A DNA stretch of 64,000 nucleotides from Eledone cirrhosa (taxonomy: Eukaryota). The DNA lies in the NCBI GenBank assembly GCA_964016885.1, contig OZ024743.1:373240001-373304000 (forward strand), read 5' to 3'. A program made the position numbers and the translations under genes. Every line of letters starts with the position of its first letter. Position 1 is the stretch's first letter. Below, piece by piece: positions 44,265-56,590 of this stretch. The notes beneath the pieces are model-generated. The model ran no database searches. It was not told where the DNA came from and worked only from the letters and a program-made list of their open reading frames with translations.

Positions 44265-44730
44265 ATGACTATGACGCCTGTGTACGAAGTGCGATGCTGC
44301 ATGGTAGTGAAACATGGGCTGTGACTGTGGAGGATGTGTAGTCTAGAGAGAAATGAAGCATCCATGCTCCGTTGGATGTGCAATGTAAGTGTGAGAGAGA
44401 GGCAGAGCCTGGACAAGTTGAGGGAGAAGCTGGGTTTACGAGGAATTCGAGATGGTATGCAGCAGAGAAGACAGCATTGGTTTGGATATATGATACACGT
44501 GGACAATGATAGTTGGGTGAAAAAGTGCCAGGAAATGTCAGTGGAAGGAAATCATGGCAGAGATAGACCAAGAAAGACCTGGGTAGAGTTTGTGAGAGCT
44601 GACTTCAAATCACTGAGATTCACAGAGGCAATGATAAAGCATTGCAACGTGTGAGGAGATGCTGTGCTGAGAAGGACTTGGCCAACCCAAGCAAACGTGG
44701 AAAAGCAGCCGTAAAAAAGATGATGATGAT
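44265..44730 (+). mobile_element. RTE LINE 3' fragment with (GAT)n tail
   Basis: LERNEASMLRWMCNVSVRERQS.. is homologous to the C-terminus of ORF 47471..50716. Confidence 0.85.
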
Positions 44731-47470
44731 ATATATATTTGTACATATGCATATTCCTCCCACCTACCAGTAAACATTTGAAGAGGTTAACTATTATGTT
44801 ATAGCTTAGCCTTTGTTGTAATTTTTCTTGTTTTCTTTATGGTTTCCTTTCAGTTTAGATAATCAATATTTAAAATCTTTCTTTCACTCTTTTTCTATTT
44901 TCATTTTTTCTCCATTCCTCTTTCTCTCAATTCCTCTTTCTCTCAATCTTTTCACCTCTTCTCTTCTATTTATTCCCCTCTCTCTCTTATCTATCTTCCC
45001 TCTGACCTCCATTCCTGTCCCTCTCACTCTCTCATTTCTGTCCTCCCTCTCTTCTCCATTTCTGTCTCTCTCACTCACTTATCTATCCCCCTCTCTCTCC
45101 TCAATTCCTTCTCCTTTCTTTTCTATCTGTCCTCTCTCTTTCATTCCTGTTTCTGCCCCTCTCAGTTGACTTCCACCATGATATAATACTCAGACACCTA
45201 CTTGAAATTATCTGCACAGTTATCTCTAAAATTGCATATCTGTTCATGCATAACCTTTGTACTAACATGAGAAAGAGGTTAAGTTGTAATAATATACTAT
45301 TACATAGTCACACTTTCAATGACTAATTCTTTCTAATATTGGCACAAGGCCAACAATTTGGAGGAAAGAGAAAGTTGATTATATCGACCCTCTGTATTTA
45401 AGTGGTACTTTATTTTATCGACCTGGAAGGATAAAAGGCAAAGCTGACCTCAGTGGGATTTGAACTCAGGACATAAAAAAGTCATAAGTAAATACCCCAA
45501 ATCATTTTGTAGGCCACTCTTCCAATACTGCCAATCCACTGCCCTACTTGTGGGGCAGTGGATTGGCAGTATAATGCAAATATAATGCTAATCATAACAT
45601 TTATGTAAATTTGCCTTTTGGACAGTGTTACTTTACACAACAAAACTTTATCATTTTTATATCAGCTTATATGGGTTGGGGGTGAGACTTTTCTGGCAGG
45701 TTTTACAGTTCAATGCCATTTTTCAATGCCATATCGTATTTTTATTATTTTATAAGTGTGGAATATATATACATATTTTGTAGAATAAATATATATATTG
45801 GATAGTGTGTGTGTGTGTGTGTTTGTTCTGGAACTTAGCTGTTCCACAAATGGAGATTGATAAAATAAGTGCCAGATCTAAATGAGGAAAAAGATAGCTA
45901 TTGGGGTTGGTCTGATTTACTAAAGCCCTTCAAGGCAGTGCTCCAGCATGACTGTAGTCTGAGTGAAACCAGTAAAGAGTAAATAAGAATATTGGGACAA
46001 TGACAGTTTAAAGTGTTACTAAGTTACTAAGCATATCAAAAGCAACTGCTTTTGTGTTGGGTTGTAGGGCAAAACAGAACTTTGCTTATCAAGGTCTTTA
46101 TCAGGGGTCAGAACATTTTCATTCTGAAGAAACATTTTTAGCTAAAATAATAATAATAATAATAACTGAGATTATTGGAGTCACATAATTTATTATATAC
46201 AAAAATACATTCAAGTAAACATGAATTTGGGTAACTTTTTTTTTACTTTGTGATTTTTGGCCTTGAATCTTATCTGAAATTACTTATCTCTCTGGGTCAC
46301 AATAATATTAATGTTAATTTAAAAATATACAATAGCATTTTTTTAGAATGCCCAAGTGTCACTTGAGATAAGCTAAGAGCCAGGATTCCAAATGTTTAAT
46401 CATTTTCAAAATTATTTGAAAGTAATAAGCTAAGTTTTTACATTAGAAATATGGTAATGATAGGAGCAGTTTCAGGTTAAAGTTTCTAGTTGTCAGAGAG
46501 ATGATAGTTCCATCATTATCATTTAATGTCCATTCTCCTCACTAGAGGGGTTGCCCCGTTGTGAGACTAGCCAGGTCCAATGACCATGATTTGCTCACAC
46601 AGGAGAAGTTTGGGCTTGGTTTCTACAGATGGATGCTCGTCCTTACATCAACCACATTTATAGTGAGGGCTGGGCGCTTTTTGTCATGACACCTACATGA
46701 CCACTTTACAGTGTGGGATGAATACTTTTTGTTGTGTTCACTTCACGACCTTTACAGTGTGGGCTGGGCACTTTTTGTTCTGACACATGTCCACTTTTCA
46801 GTGAGGGCTAGGTGTTTTTTGTTATGACACCTACACAACTATTTTACAGTCTGAGCTGGGTGCTATCTATTTAACAAAAAAAATTTTGTTTGGATATCAA
46901 AATATTTGAGGTTATGAAAATGGCTGCAAACAGAATCAAACTGACCTGTCAGTAGTCTAGAATAACAAGTATCATCATCATCATCAGGTTTAGCGTCCGT
47001 GTTCCACGCTTGCATGGGTTTGGACGGGGGTTTTCCCACTTGAGGCAAGAGTGGTTGTCTTGCTCGCATAGGACTGTCTGGCGGGTTTTCTACAGTTGGA
47101 TGCCCTTCCTAACACCAACCACATTTACAGTGTGGGGCTGGGAGGTTTTTACCGTGTTGCCTACACGGCCACATTACAGCGTGGACTGTCTGGCGGGTTT
47201 TCTACAGCTGGATGCCCTTCCTAACACCAACCACATTTACAGTGTGGGGCTGGGAGGTTTTTACCGTGTTGCCTACACGGCCACATTTACAGCGTGGACT
47301 GTGTGTTTTTTGTCGTGACACCTACACGATCTCATTTGTTTCGGCCTGGATGTTGTGGGACCAACATAACTTTACATTGAAAGGGGCGGTGTGGGTGGGG
47401 TGGAGGTGGTGGGACGGGGGTGTGTTTTGATAGAGGTGCCTACTGACTGTAGTAGGTTTTTACTTTGTAT

Positions 47471-50400
47471 TTAGGTAAGGCGGGTCTTCTCTATTACTGA
47501 GTACCGCCAAAGGTCTCGGTCCAGTGACATTGTCTTGGAGAGGTGTAAGCGTGTGAGGTCGGAATTTATCAGCTCGTCCCATGTTTTTCTGGGTCTGCCT
47601 ACTCCGTGGCTACCGTCTATCTTTATTGCCCTGCACTTTGTTATACAGCTGTCGTCTTTCATGCGCATCACGTGACCGTACCAACGTAGCCTTCTCTCGA
47701 GTAAACAACATCTGATCCCTCTTATTTCTAATTTTTTCCTTAGTTCGTTTATGCTTTGCCGTTCGCGTATATTACTATTGCACATCCAGCGGAGCATGCA
47801 AGCTTCGTTCCTCTCTAGTCTGCGTATATCCTCTGCACACAATGCCCAGGTCTCACTGCCATGCAGCATTGCTGTTCGTATGCAGGCATCGTATAACCTG
47901 CCCTTCATTTTTAGGGAGAACCCTCTAGCGGCTAATAGTGGTATAAGCTCTCTGAACTTTTTCCATCCAGTTCTGACTCTAGCTACTGTACTTTCAGAGC
48001 ACCCTCCCCCACTGCTGATTTTGTCACCCAGATAACGGAAGCTGTCCACTATTTCTATAGAACCCTCTGCGCAGTTGAAGGAGCTAGTATTTTGTGGGCA
48101 CTTGCTGCTACTTATTGCACCAGAGCACCGGCCACATGTAAAATCTATGTTCTTAGTTAGCTTACCTGTGATCCCACTACATCTTTTATGCACCCATACT
48201 TTGCATTTGGGACATAAAATGGAGTTTCTACCTACGCCTTTCCTACACACTGAGCATGGCCATTTCCCCGATGGGACCGCCGCCTTATTTTCTTTCCTAC
48301 AAACTAGAACTTTAGTCTTAGCCAGGTTAATTTTAAGGCCTTTTGATTCTAGGCCGTGCTTCCACGTTTGGAATTTCTTCTCTAGTTCAGTCATTGATTC
48401 AGCTATGAGCGTTAGATCATCTGCGTATAGGAGTTCCCATGGGCAGCCGGTCTTGAACTCCTCTGTTATAGCCTGAAGGGCAATAATAAATAGTAGGGGG
48501 CTAAGTACAGAGCCCTGATGGACACCAACTTTTACGCTAAACTCTTCACTATATTCGTTGTTAATTCTAACCTTACTGACTGTTTCTTTATACATGGCTT
48601 GTATAGCTCTCACAAGCCATTCGTCAACACCTAGTTTTCTAAGAGACCACCAGATAATGGAACGGGGGACTCTGTCGAAGGCTTTCTCCAAGTCGACAAA
48701 AGCTAAGTATAGGGGTTTACTTTTAGCTAGGTACTTCTCCTGTAGTTGTCGTACAATGAAAAGAGCGTCTGTGGTACTTTTGCCTGACACAAACCCGAAC
48801 TGCATTTCATCGAAGTCAATTCTCTCTCTGATTAGTTGCGCTATTACTTTTTCCGTGACCTTCATGACCTGGTCGATTAATTTAATGCCTCTATAGTTAC
48901 TCCTATCTAGGGCATCTCCTTTTCCCTTATAGCAGTTAACGATGATGCTGCTACGCCATTCCTTCGGAACAACCCCATTCTGTACGACTTGGTTAACTAT
49001 CCGGGTGACCATGGTGTGTCCCACCGAACCAGATGCCTTCAGCATCTCAGCAACTATTTCCGAAGGCCCAGCCGCCTTACCCGTCTTCATATCTTTGATT
49101 GCCTTACTTATTATACTACCTTCGACTAACACTGCTGGTCCCTCTATTGGGTCTATGTGGGGGAGACTGTCTTTTTCCCATTTGTTCTCCTCATTTAGAA
49201 GCCTTTCGTAGTGACACTTCCAAGCTACCTTCTTATCAGCGTCAGTGATGGCAAGTATGCCATCATCATTAAGTACACACTTCTCCCCGACAATATCACG
49301 GTTTTCCTTGACACATTGCCTAGCAATCCTGAACACCTCACGTTTTTGGTCCTCACGTTGTAGAAAATGCTTGAACTTTCTTTCCTCTGCTTCCCTTCTT
49401 GCAAAGTACACTTGTCTCCTAGCTTCCCTCCTGGCCACTTGATAGTCTTCTCTACTTCCCCCATCCCGCCATACTTTCCAAGCCTGCTTTTTGGCCTTAA
49501 TTGACTCCTCCACCTTACTGTTCCACCACCATGTTACTCTCCTCCTACCTACAGGCCTGCTCCAGCCACAGACTTCGTCTGCCGCCGTCAGCAGGTTTGC
49601 TCTCAGGAATTCCCACTGTTCCTCTATATTATACGACTCTAATTGCTCTTCCTTACTGTCGAAAGCGTCAAGTAATTTGCTTTGAAATTTATTTCTGGCT
49701 ATGGGGTCCTTTAGCTTCCATATTTTTCTCCTGAGGATAGTCCTCTTCCGCTGTCTAGTACGTCTCGTCCTGACTATGAGGTCGCTAATTATCAGTCTAT
49801 GTTGGGAGGTGAATTCTTCATGGGGGTGGGATTTAGTGTTAACAACAGACACTCTGTCACGTTTTCTGGTAAGGATATAATCTACCTGGCTTGTGTGTTC
49901 CCCCGATCTATAGGTGATCAAGTGATTGTCTCGTTTTTTGAAGTTAGTGTTACAGATAGTTAAGTTATTTGCGTCGCAGAATTCCAGGATTCTGGAGCCT
50001 TCCTCATTTCTAGTACCGAACCCATAGCCTCCATGGATTCCGTCATAGCCGTCACAATGTTGTCCAACGTGACCATTTAGGTCGCCTGCAATAACTATAT
50101 AGTCACTGTCGGTTATTTGGGAGGTAGCGAGCATCAGTGTCTCGTAGAATCTGTCTTTTATAGCGCGGGGCAGTCCGGATTGGGGTGCGTACGCAGATAT
50201 TACTGTCACCGTAGTTTTATTGAGGACAAGTCTTATTTTAATTATTCTGTCGTTCACTCTATTTACGTCTATTATCTTATCTGCCCACTTTTCTGCTACC
50301 ATGATTCCTACCCCACCCAACCCATTGTCATTTCCCACCCAGAAAAGCTTATAGCATCGCTCTTTACCCACGATGAATCTAGCCGACCCTCCCCTCCACC

Positions 50401-50716
50401 TGGTCTCTTGAATACAACAAACATCGACCTCCTTACGTTCAAGCATTTCTACAACCTCGTTAGAGCGACCCTTTAAGGTGCCTACATTCATGGTACCAAC
50501 TCTGAAGTTTTGGATTGCGTTTGGAGGGTGGGAGCAGTGGGGCGCGGGGGGGGATGGGGTTATGTTAGCCATCCTGGGCCGAAACAAGGAGGAGTGCTTG
50601 CATTCTCGTCCACGAGGTGAATTTGGCTTTATCTTTGGCATTGTCGCTGAGCGTCCACATTTTTCTCTCTTCAACTCTCCAGAATTCCGTAGTCCATCCA
50701 TCATATCGAAAAGCAA
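47471..50716 (-). CDS. RTE LINE polyprotein: apurinic endonuclease + reverse transcriptase with PHD-like Cys/His insertion
   Basis: Uninterrupted 1081 aa: GTMNV, IQETRW, SAYAPQ, GDLNGH, VDYIL, SQHRLI (APE); FVDLEKAFD, GVHQGSVLSP, LYADD, YLG (RT); CSVC..CPKC..WVHKRC..CGRC. The listed start is TTG and the first ATG is a few codons in. Confidence 0.95.
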   Translation of the reverse strand: MLFDMMDGLRNSGELKREKCGRSATMPKIKPNSPRGRECKHSSLFRPRMANITPSPPAPHCSHPPNAIQNFRVGTMNVGTLKGRSNEVVEMLERKEVDVCCIQETRWRGGSARFIVGKERCYKLFWVGNDNGLGGVGIMVAEKWADKIIDVNRVNDRIIKIRLVLNKTTVTVISAYAPQSGLPRAIKDRFYETLMLATSQITDSDYIVIAGDLNGHVGQHCDGYDGIHGGYGFGTRNEEGSRILEFCDANNLTICNTNFKKRDNHLITYRSGEHTSQVDYILTRKRDRVSVVNTKSHPHEEFTSQHRLIISDLIVRTRRTRQRKRTILRRKIWKLKDPIARNKFQSKLLDAFDSKEEQLESYNIEEQWEFLRANLLTAADEVCGWSRPVGRRRVTWWWNSKVEESIKAKKQAWKVWRDGGSREDYQVARREARRQVYFARREAEERKFKHFLQREDQKREVFRIARQCVKENRDIVGEKCVLNDDGILAITDADKKVAWKCHYERLLNEENKWEKDSLPHIDPIEGPAVLVEGSIISKAIKDMKTGKAAGPSEIVAEMLKASGSVGHTMVTRIVNQVVQNGVVPKEWRSSIIVNCYKGKGDALDRSNYRGIKLIDQVMKVTEKVIAQLIRERIDFDEMQFGFVSGKSTTDALFIVRQLQEKYLAKSKPLYLAFVDLEKAFDRVPRSIIWWSLRKLGVDEWLVRAIQAMYKETVSKVRINNEYSEEFSVKVGVHQGSVLSPLLFIIALQAITEEFKTGCPWELLYADDLTLIAESMTELEKKFQTWKHGLESKGLKINLAKTKVLVCRKENKAAVPSGKWPCSVCRKGVGRNSILCPKCKVWVHKRCSGITGKLTKNIDFTCGRCSGAISSSKCPQNTSSFNCAEGSIEIVDSFRYLGDKISSGGGCSESTVARVRTGWKKFRELIPLLAARGFSLKMKGRLYDACIRTAMLHGSETWALCAEDIRRLERNEACMLRWMCNSNIRERQSINELRKKLEIRGIRCCLLERRLRWYGHVMRMKDDSCITKCRAIKIDGSHGVGRPRKTWDELINSDLTRLHLSKTMSLDRDLWRYSVIEKTRLT

Positions 50717-50845
50717 CCAGTTAAGCGATAGTATGGGCCTCTGACTTATGATTGGTCCACGTAATAATGGTGGTGCGTGGGGGCGGGGGGGAGGGATGAT
50801 GGGTTGTTAGCGAGAATGTAAGGTTTAAGATAAGATCGCCGTATT

Positions 50846-51452
50846 TTGGGCATGATTTAACAATAAACGAAAATACAAGATTTGTTTTGTTTAAGAAATT
50901 ACGATAGAGAAAATGCGGTGATAGGGAAAATATGATTTTTAGAGAAAAGATATGATATAGAATGGTGAAAATATGATATAGTGTGAATTTAGGACATAGA
51001 AGTGATTGAATGAATGGGTTCGAATGGAGAGAAGAATCGAGAAAAAATTGGGCATAATTTAACAATAAACGAAAATACAAGATTTGTTTTGTTTAAGAAA
51101 ATACGGTAGAGAAAATGCGGTGATAGGGGAAATATGATTTTTAGAGAAAAGATATGATATAGAATGGTGAAAATATGATATAGTGTGAAATTAGGACATA
51201 GAAGTGATTGAATGAATGGGTTCGAATGGAGAGAAGAATCGAGAAAAAATTGGGCATAATTTAACAATAAACGAAAATACAAGATTTGTTTTGTTTAAGA
51301 AAATACGGTAGAGAAAATGCGGTGATAGGGGAAATATGATTTTTAGAGAAAAGATATGATATAGAATGGTGAAAATATGATATAGTGTGAAATTAGGACA
51401 TAGAAGTGATTGAATGAATGGGTTCGAATGGAGAGAAGAATCGAGAAAAATT
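50846..51452. repeat. Three tandem 202-bp units directly upstream of the RTE ORF
   Basis: CAT(G/A)ATTTAACAATAAACG recurs at 50851, 51053 and 51255; units are nearly identical. Confidence 0.92.
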
Positions 51453-51687
51453 TGAACGTTACTTTATACCGGAGGGAACAGCCATCCCAGAAATAGCGAG
51501 TTGGCGATTTTGATTAATTTTGGTAGGGTTTTATCTTATATGTATAGAGAGGGAGGGGGGGGGGCAGGAACCAGCATGATGAATGGGTAGGGGGTAGAAT
51601 ATGGGATGGAGCAGAGGTTAAAAGTTTAAATAGGTACTCGAAGATTTGCGTATCCTTTTGCTTATGTTTTGCTGGTGTTAATGAGCC

Positions 51688-51800
<113 letters not shown>

Positions 51801-52235
51801 CAGTTGATGTCCATCAACTTTGTAATTTATCAGAATTTGCATGCTTTGCCAAGTGTCCATTTTTCCTCCTGGCTATCCAACAAGTACTTACCCATTTCCT
51901 CCCTGACTGTTTCATAAGTATTTAGATCATATACTTGTGATCAATTTCACCAAATCTCCTTAAGGCCCTTAAACAATACTTCTCATCTGTTTCCTCAATC
52001 AGTGATAATTTGAATCCTAACAAATGGTAGTTTCTGATAACTTAGTGATATTAATGTTCTACCAGTATAGGTGCAGTTATGGTCATGTGGTTAAGGAGTT
52101 TAGTTCACAACCATGTTTTCAGGTTCAATCCCAGTCCATGTGACCTTTGGCTTGAGACTCCTACTATAGCTTCGGGTTGACCTTGTGTGAAATTTGGGAG
52201 ACAATGACTGCAAAAGTCTGTTATATATATATATA

Positions 52236-53887
52236 TCAGGTAAAAGTACCACAGACGCTCTTTTCATTGTACGACAACTACAGGAGAAGTACCTAGCTAA
52301 AAGTAAACCCCTATACTTAGCTTTTGTTGACTTGGAGAAAACCTTTGACAGAGTCCCCCGCTCCATTATCTAGTGGGCTCTTAGAAAACTAGGTGTTGAT
52401 GAATGGCTTGTGAGAGCTATACAAGCCATGTATAAAGAAACAGTCAGCAAGGTTAGAATTAACTACGAATATAGTGAAGAGTTTAGCGTAAAAGTTGGTG
52501 TTCATCAGGGCTCCTTTCTTAGCCCCCTACTATTTATTATTGCCCTTCAGGCAGATGATCTAACCTTCATAGCTGAATCAAAGGCTGAACTAGAGAAGAA
52601 ATTCCAAACATGGAAGCATGGCCTAGAATCAAAAGGCCTTAAAGTTAACTTGTCTAAGACTAAAGTTCTAGTTTGTAGGAAGGAAAATAGGGCACCGGTC
52701 CCATCTGGGAAATCGCCATGCTCAGTGTATAGGAAAGGAGTAGGCAGAAACTCCATTTTATGTCCCAAATGCAAAGTATGGGTGCATAAAAGATGTAGTG
52801 GGATCACAGGTAAGCTAACTAAGAATATAGATTTTATATGTGGCCGGTGCTCTGGTGCAATAAGTAGCAGCAAGTGCCCACAGAATGCTAGCTCATTCCA
52901 TTGCACAGATGGTTCTATAGAAATAGTGGACACCTTCTGTTACCTGGGTGACAAAATCAGCAGTGGGGGAGGGTGCTCTGAAAGTACAGTAGCTAGAGTC
53001 AGAACGGGATGGAAAAAGTTCAGAGAGCTTATACCACTATTGGCCGCTAAAGGGTTCTCTCTAAAAATGAAAGGCAGGCTGTATGATGCCTGCATACGAA
53101 CAGCAATGTTACATGGCAGTGAGACCTGGGCATTGTGTGCAGAGGATATACGCAGACTGGAGAGAAACGAAGCTTGCATGCTCCGCTGGATGTGTAATAG
53201 TAATATACGTGAACGGCAAAGCATAAACGAACTAAGGGAGAAATTAGGAATAAGAGGGATCAGATGTTGTTTACTCGAAAGAAGGCTACGTTGGTACGGT
53301 CACGTGATGCGCATGAAAGATGACAGCTGTATAAAAAAGTGCAGGGCGATAAAAATAGGCGGTAGCCATGGAGTAGGCAGACCCAGAAAAACCTGGGACG
53401 ACTTGATAAATTCCGACCTCACACACTTACACCTCTCCAAGACAATGTCACTGGACTGAGATCTTTGGCGCTACACAGTAATACAGAAGACCCGCCTTGC
53501 CTAAGTACAAAGCGAAACTTACAGTCAGTAGGCACCTCTAACAAAAATACACCCCCGTCCCACTACCCCCACCCCATCCACACCACCCACTTAAATGTGA
53601 AGTTATGTTGGTACCACAACATCCAGTCCGAAACAAATGAGGTCGTGTAGGTGTCACAACAAAAAAACACACAGTCCACACTGTAATGTGGCCGTGTAGG
53701 TAACACGGTAAAAACCTCCCAGTCCACATGTAAATGTGGTTGGTGTTGGGAAGGGCACCCAGCCGTAGAAAACCCGCCAGACAGTCCTATACGAGCAGGA
53801 CAACCAATCTTGCCTCAAGTGGGAAAACTCCCGTCCAAACCCATGCAAGCATGGAAGATGGACGTTAAACGATGATGATGATGATGA
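52236..53887 (+). pseudogene. 5'-truncated defective copy of the same RTE family
   Basis: Very similar to the reverse complement of ~46971-48787. TAG stop at 52371, in-frame deletion removing ITEEFKTGCPWELLY (including the Y of YADD), (GAT)n tail. Confidence 0.9.
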
Positions 53888-53914
53888 TACACTATTATAT
53901 GAGGCCATGCTGGG

Positions 53915-56590
53915 GCACTGCCATTGATATAGAGGACGTGACAGATGGACGGTCGTAAACACAAAAGCCTTCCCTAGTGAGGAATGTACATCCCAACATA
54001 GCTTAGTTGTCAGCGACCTCACGGTCAGAACTAGAAGAACCTGGAAACAGAGGCCAACCTGGAGAAGAAAGATCTGGAAGCTGAAAGTCCCCTCAACCAG
54101 TAACAGATTTAAAGATATTTTACTCAACGCCTACGACAGTAAAGAAGAACAGATAGAGACATTTAATGTAGAAGAGAACTGGGAGTTCCTAAAAAATAAT
54201 TTACTAGAGGCGACGGATGAGGTCTGTGGCTGGAGTAAGACCTCAAGCAGGAGGAGAGTGACTTGGTGGTGGAACAATAAGGTAGATGAAGCAGTTAAGG
54301 CCAAGAGACAGGCATGGAAAGAATGGAAGAACGGGGGGAGCAGGGTACATTACATAGAGACCAAGAGGGAAGCTAGGCGACAAGTATACTTAGCTAGGAG
54401 GGAAGCAGAGGATAGAAAATTCAAGCATGTTTTGCAACGTGAGGACCAGAAACAGGAGGTATTCAAGATTGCGAGGCAGTGTATCAGAGATAGTTGTGGT
54501 GTCATTGGAGAGAAGTGTATCCGGAATGATAAAGGTGAGCTTGCCCTTACAAGTGCTGAGAAGAAAGATGCATGGAAGAGTCATTACTAAATGAGGAGAA
54601 TGCATGGGAAGAAGAGACCCTACCCCAAGTAGACCCTATAGAGGGGCCAGCAGTACAAGTCAGCAGCAACGTAGTAAGTAAGGCAATCAAAGATATGAAG
54701 ATGGGGAAGGCAACCGGTCCATCGGGTATCGCTGCCGAAATGCTGAAGGCATCTGGGTCTGTAGGTTACACTATAACCACACGTATTGTTAACCAGGTAA
54801 TACTAGAAGGTGTCATACCAGAAGATTGGTGCAGTAGCATCATTGTCAACTGCTACAAAGGTAAAGGCGATGCACTAGATAGAGGAAACTATAGAGGTAT
54901 AAAGTTGATGGACCAGGTCATGAAAGTAACAGAAAGAGTTATAGCACAGTTGATTAGGGACCGGGTAAAAATAGACGAGATGCAATTTGGGTTTGTACCA
55001 GGAAGAGGCACCACTGATGCCCTCTTCCTTGTGAGGCGGTTACAGGAAAAGTACCTAGCTAAAAGTACCTAGCTAAAAGTAAGCCACTCTACTTGGCATT
55101 TGTCGACCTTGAGAAAGCCTTTGACAGAGTTCCACGTGCTGTAATCTGGTGGGCTCTTAGAAAACTAGGAGTAGATGAATGGCTTGTGAAAGCGGTACAA
55201 GCCATGTATAGGGGAGCAGTCAGCAAAGTTAGGATTAGCAATGAGTATAGCGAGGAATTTAGCGTACAGGTTGGGTCCACCAGGGCTCTGTTCTTAGCCC
55301 CCTCCTGTTCATCATAGTCCTGCAGGCAATAACGGAGGAGTTTAAAACCGGATGCCCATGGGAACTCCTGTATGCTGATGACCTCGCACTCATAGCTGAA
55401 TCTATGGTAGAACTAGAGAATAAATTCCAAACTTGGAAGCAGGGACTAGAAAGAAAGGGTCTCAAAGTCAACATGACAAAGACTAAGGTCCTTGTAAGTA
55501 GACAAGAAAACTACCCAGATCCCCTCAGGGAAATGGCCTTGCTCAGTATGTAGGAACTCCATTCTCTGCCCCAAATGCAAACAATGGGTACACAAGAGAT
55601 GTAGCGGGATCTCAGGAAGCTTAATTAAGAATGTAGGCTTCACATGCAGCAGCTGTGCTGGGACAGCAAGCAGCAAACAGCCACAGGAAACAAGTACCAC
55701 CAATCTCTGGGAGGGCTCTGTAGAAACAGTTGACAGCTTCTGCTACCTAGGTGACCGAATTAGCAGCGGAGGTGGGTGTTCAGAAAGTACAATAACTAGG
55801 GTAAGAACGGGATGGAAGAAGTTTAGGGAACTACTACCACTGCTAGCTGCAAAAGGCTTCTCTCTCAGAATGAAAGGCAGACTGTATGATGCGTGTATCT
55901 GAACAGCAATGTTGCATGGTAGTGAGACCTGGGCGCTGAAGGTGGAAGACTTACGTAGATTAGAGAGAAACGATGCCTGCATGCTCCGATGGATGTGTAA
56001 CAGTAATATACGTGAACGACAAAGCATAAATGAATTGAGAGAGAGACTGAGCATAAGAGGAATCAAATGCTGTGTGCAGGAGAGGCGGTTACGCTGGTAT
56101 GGACATGTGATACGTATGAAGGATGACAGCTGCATAAAAAGGTGCAGAGCTCTAGAAGTTGATGGAAACCGCGGAGTGGGGAGACCCAAGCTGACCTGGG
56201 ATGAGGTGATAAAAGCCGACCTTACCCAATTACACCTCTCAAAGGCAATGACACATGACCGTGACCTCCCATGGGTACAAGCTGAAGCATATAGACAATA
56301 TGCCCCCACACCCCCCACCGCAAGGTGATCGTGGAGGTGCCATGGCAAAAAAGCACCCAGCCCACACTGTAAAGTGGATGTGTAGGCGCCACGAAAAAGC
56401 ACCCAGCACTCACTGTAAATGAGGTTGGTGTTAGGAAGGGCATCCAGCTGTAGAAATCAAGCCAAATCAGTTCCTGTATGAGCAAGGCATGGTCAGCCGA
56501 CCAGAAACTGCCCACAACAGGACAACCCGTCTAACCCATGCTAGCGTGGAAGAACGGACGTAAAACGGTGATGATGATGATGATGATGAT
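53915..56590 (+). pseudogene. 5'-truncated, frameshifted copy of a sister RTE subfamily
   Basis: ORF pieces 54258..54590, 54572..55072, 55093..55317 and 55909..56328 are collinear with the intact ORF; (GAT)n tail at ~56569-56590. Confidence 0.9.

Larger units (their letters stand above)
46971..51452 (-). mobile_element. Apparently full-length RTE-clade LINE
   Basis: (GAT)n tail at 46971-46986, 3' UTR, intact ORF, tandem array upstream. Exact 5' end and TSD not resolved. Confidence 0.9.

Noticed and set aside
47751-50744. Plus-strand ORFs overlapping the LINE
   Set aside because: They are antisense shadows of the RTE ORF with no independent motifs.
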